In this document: positions 61,433 through 64,000 of the stretch, piece by piece | Numbering within the stretch: position 1 is the first letter of the stretch | Layout of the letters: every line of letters starts with the position of its first letter | Assembly (NCBI GenBank): GCA_051313645.2 | Contig: JBNRSN020000012.1 | Location: 30,132,001 to 30,196,000, forward strand | Source of the DNA: Centroscyllium fabricii | Taxonomy: Eukaryota | Direction of reading: 5' to 3' | Length of the DNA: 64,000 nt | Notes under the pieces: generated by a model | Told to the model about the DNA's origin: nothing | The model's input: the letters and a program-made list of their open reading frames with translations, nothing else | The model's database searches: none | Program-made: the position numbers and the translations under genes

Positions 61433-62125
61433 AGCACGGGCTCACAGAAAAATGGGCCCAATACTGAACAATCCCCCACCACGCATTAAAATGAAAATAG
61501 GACGAAGGATCTCCTGTGATGCCAATATCCCAAGAATTAATTTATAAGGAAGTGCTGCCAGGCCATGGCGAGGGCTCAGCTATTGACCACACACATTCTC
61601 TAACAGAGGTCCACGAATAGTGAGCTGGAGCAGAAAGCCTGGCTGATATCTTTCCTCCTCCCTGACCAAGGGGAGCGGTGCCCAATTATACCACCAGTAC
61701 TTCCACCGTGCCTTGGCCCAGACCAGGGCTTGAACCTTGCACTTTCCTGATCTGGATGGTTTGGTGCCACACTGCGCAATGCATTTGCCCAATGACTCGT
61801 CAGCAGAGGTGGGACAGAGCTTCATGGCAACAGCGCTTGCACAAGAGGAAAGCAGTTGGGACGTCATAACTATAAGCTTACCTGATAATTAGTTAACCAA
61901 GATAACATTTTCATAGTTTCAACATGAAAAATCTATGCAGTAGAAATTCTAGTTTGCCTCCTCCAAGAATGCATATTGGATGAGCCTGTTGCAAAATTCG
62001 CGTATTCTCAATCAACACTTCCCCATCCATTAATGGAAAGGAAATCACGGGCTGGGAGTACACCAATTTGAGATATACATCCCTGGCACTCATTAGGACT
62101 GGGCGCAACAGAATCTTTACCCCAA

Positions 62126-63133
62126 ATACAACAGCAACATATTGCAGATGCTGGAAATCTGAAATAAAAACAGAAAATGCTGGAAATACTCAGCAGGACA
62201 GGCAGCATCTGTGGAGAGAGAAACAGAGTTAATGGGCTGATGAAAGGCCATCGACCTGAAATGTTGGGGTCAATTTTCCTCAAAGTGTGGGGAATTGGTG
62301 GGTTTCCTGCAGGTCACATTTTCTTCCTGTTTTTTAAAGGGTCTGGGAGATCCACGCAATTTTGGCTTAATTGGCCAATTTAATCCCCGCATGTGGGAAC
62401 CCTTGCCACTGGATAGTTTCCAGACAGAAAGCCGGTGGGGTTTTGGCTGTTTAAAGAGCACAGCCTGTTTGCCTAGTGAAACCACAGAGATTGAGTGACA
62501 GCTGCTGTTAGTTTCAATGGATTGTGAAAGAGCTCTGTGATATCACAAAGCATAGTGAAACCACAGAGATTGAGTGACAGTTGTAGTTTTTTTCAATGGC
62601 TGCCTGCTCCAGCAGACCCATATCATTGAGAGCTACTGAGGTGCTGTCTGTCAAACCAGCTACAAGGTGAGTTTGTGAAAGCTTTTTTCCCACTGATCTT
62701 GTACACCCTAGGGATACAGTTAGTCCTCCTGCAGGCTGGAGCCCAGGGACGACTTCTGCTGCAGCTGCTTGAATGATAGTCAGCAAGCCACTAGTGTCCC
62801 CGCCAGGTTTCAATGCCGTGGTTCCCACCAGGCATGTTTAATGTGGGGAAAAGGCTCAAATTAGCAAGGGGCCCTTAAAATGGCATTATACATGCCAATT
62901 AAGGGTCCTTAATGAGCCTAACGACCACCCCCACCGGTGGTGGGTGGGACTGAAGCGGGCTGATCGGACTCACCGAGCTGAAATTCGCAAGCTGGCGGGA
63001 AACCGGCGGGAGGGGTCATAACCCCCTGCCCGTTTCCCCGGCCGCCGAAAAAGCCGCCTGTTGGCTCAATGAAAATTGACCCAGTTGACTCTGTTTCTCT
63101 CTCCACAGATGCTGCCTGACCTGCTGAGTATTT
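62126..63133. mobile_element. Penelope-derived inverted pLTR insertion with a hammerhead core, split by a MITE
   Basis: 18-bp flanking duplication ACAGAATCTTTA(C/T)CCCAA; CTGATGA..GAAATGTT at 62237-62265. Confidence 0.7.
62266..63083. mobile_element. Harbinger-type MITE
   Basis: GGGGTCAATTTTC...GAAAATTGACCCA; TSD GTT. Confidence 0.8.
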
Positions 63134-63786
63134 ACAGAATCTTTATCCCAATGCTCTTCGAAGTCCACACCTTCACAGTAATGAAGCTCATACATCTTAA
63201 AGACTTTTAAGATCTGTGTGACTTGCTTTGTTGAATATCAATGTGGGTGTTTATTTGGTCAGGCCTGATATTCTAGATACAGGTGCCATCCTGGCATCTG
63301 GCCTCATTAACTAAGAGCCCAGTCCCATTCTGCTCTTCCTCACATGCCTCTGAGCGTAACTACAAAGCCAAGTTCACCTGCTAGAGGCAGAGACATTTTC
63401 GAAGTTAACAAGATGTCATGACTACTCATTTTTATCTACCTGCAGACTTTTGAAAAAAGGAAACGGCATCATCTATCTTTCACGACTGAGCTGTACGCAA
63501 TGAGGTTCCTGCCTTCACTAATTTTAGTGAAAAAGTGGATGTGAGTACCAAGTGGAGTAATGATGGGCTGAAGCACAAATGGTTAGATGCTGCTCTCAAG
63601 ATTCCCACGCATTCATTGCCCATTCCTAATTGCCCTTGAGAAGGTGGTGGTGAACCACTACAGTACTTCTTTGTAGTGATTTGTTACAACTGAGTAGCTG
63701 GCTCGGCCATTTCAGAGTCAACTACATTGCTGTGGGTCTAGGAGTCACATATAGGCCAGATCAGGTAGCCTTGCCTAAAGGACATT

Positions 63787-64000
63787 GGCCCAGAAATTCG
63801 GGTCCCAACGCGTGAGTGCGCACTGGGTACTCACGCGTAGGCCCATCCAAAGTGCCGGTTTTGTGCATGCACAGCGCATGCGCGCGAAACCGGCACTTCC
63901 GATCCCCTGACAGAAGGGTTCAGAGGTCAGAACACGTGCGCGGGAGCGGCAGCATGCGCGCAATGCACTTCCACTTTTTTTATAAGATTCTGTGTCCGGG
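63787..64000. mobile_element. MITE family B, partial (runs off the window)
   Basis: GGCCCAGAAATTCGGGTC terminus; reverse complement of ~5420-5624. Confidence 0.75.

Noticed and set aside
61911-62108. 65-aa minus-strand ORF in unique sequence
   Set aside because: Short, no canonical start, no recognisable family

Overview
Eukaryotic, almost entirely transposable-element-derived DNA, very probably from a shark or ray (multiple HE1-type V-SINEs with HER1/CR1 tails, and SacSINE1-like DeuSINEs). I cannot support any host protein-coding gene. The window holds three full-length Ty3/Gypsy LTR retrotransposons: two Mag-like elements (13733-18393, 27068-31780) and a sushi-like chromovirus (21832-32707, minus strand) into whose gag the second Mag-like element inserted. 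It also holds four related solo LTRs, a decayed two-gene Harbinger transposon (9740-21311) inside a hAT MITE, a Penelope-like element (RT + GIY-YIG) with hammerhead-ribozyme pLTRs, fragments of CR1, L2, RTE and Rex1 LINEs, and more than 15 MITEs. Most interesting: (i) the Mag-like family has no tRNA primer-binding site; its leader instead pairs with the LTR's own AATAAA segment, with a compensatory change between copies, and its RT has YLDN instead of YxDD; (ii) a Rex1-tailed bipartite non-coding retroelement and a 5S-headed SINE share the same two modules; (iii) a MITE family appears to insert without a TSD into AAT|ATT; (iv) a TA-flanked MITE carries an array of NRF1-type motifs; (v) small palindromic Penelope-derived insertions carry hammerhead ribozymes, one of them on both strands. 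Family names come from motif recognition only, not database searches, and boundaries of degraded repeats are approximate.
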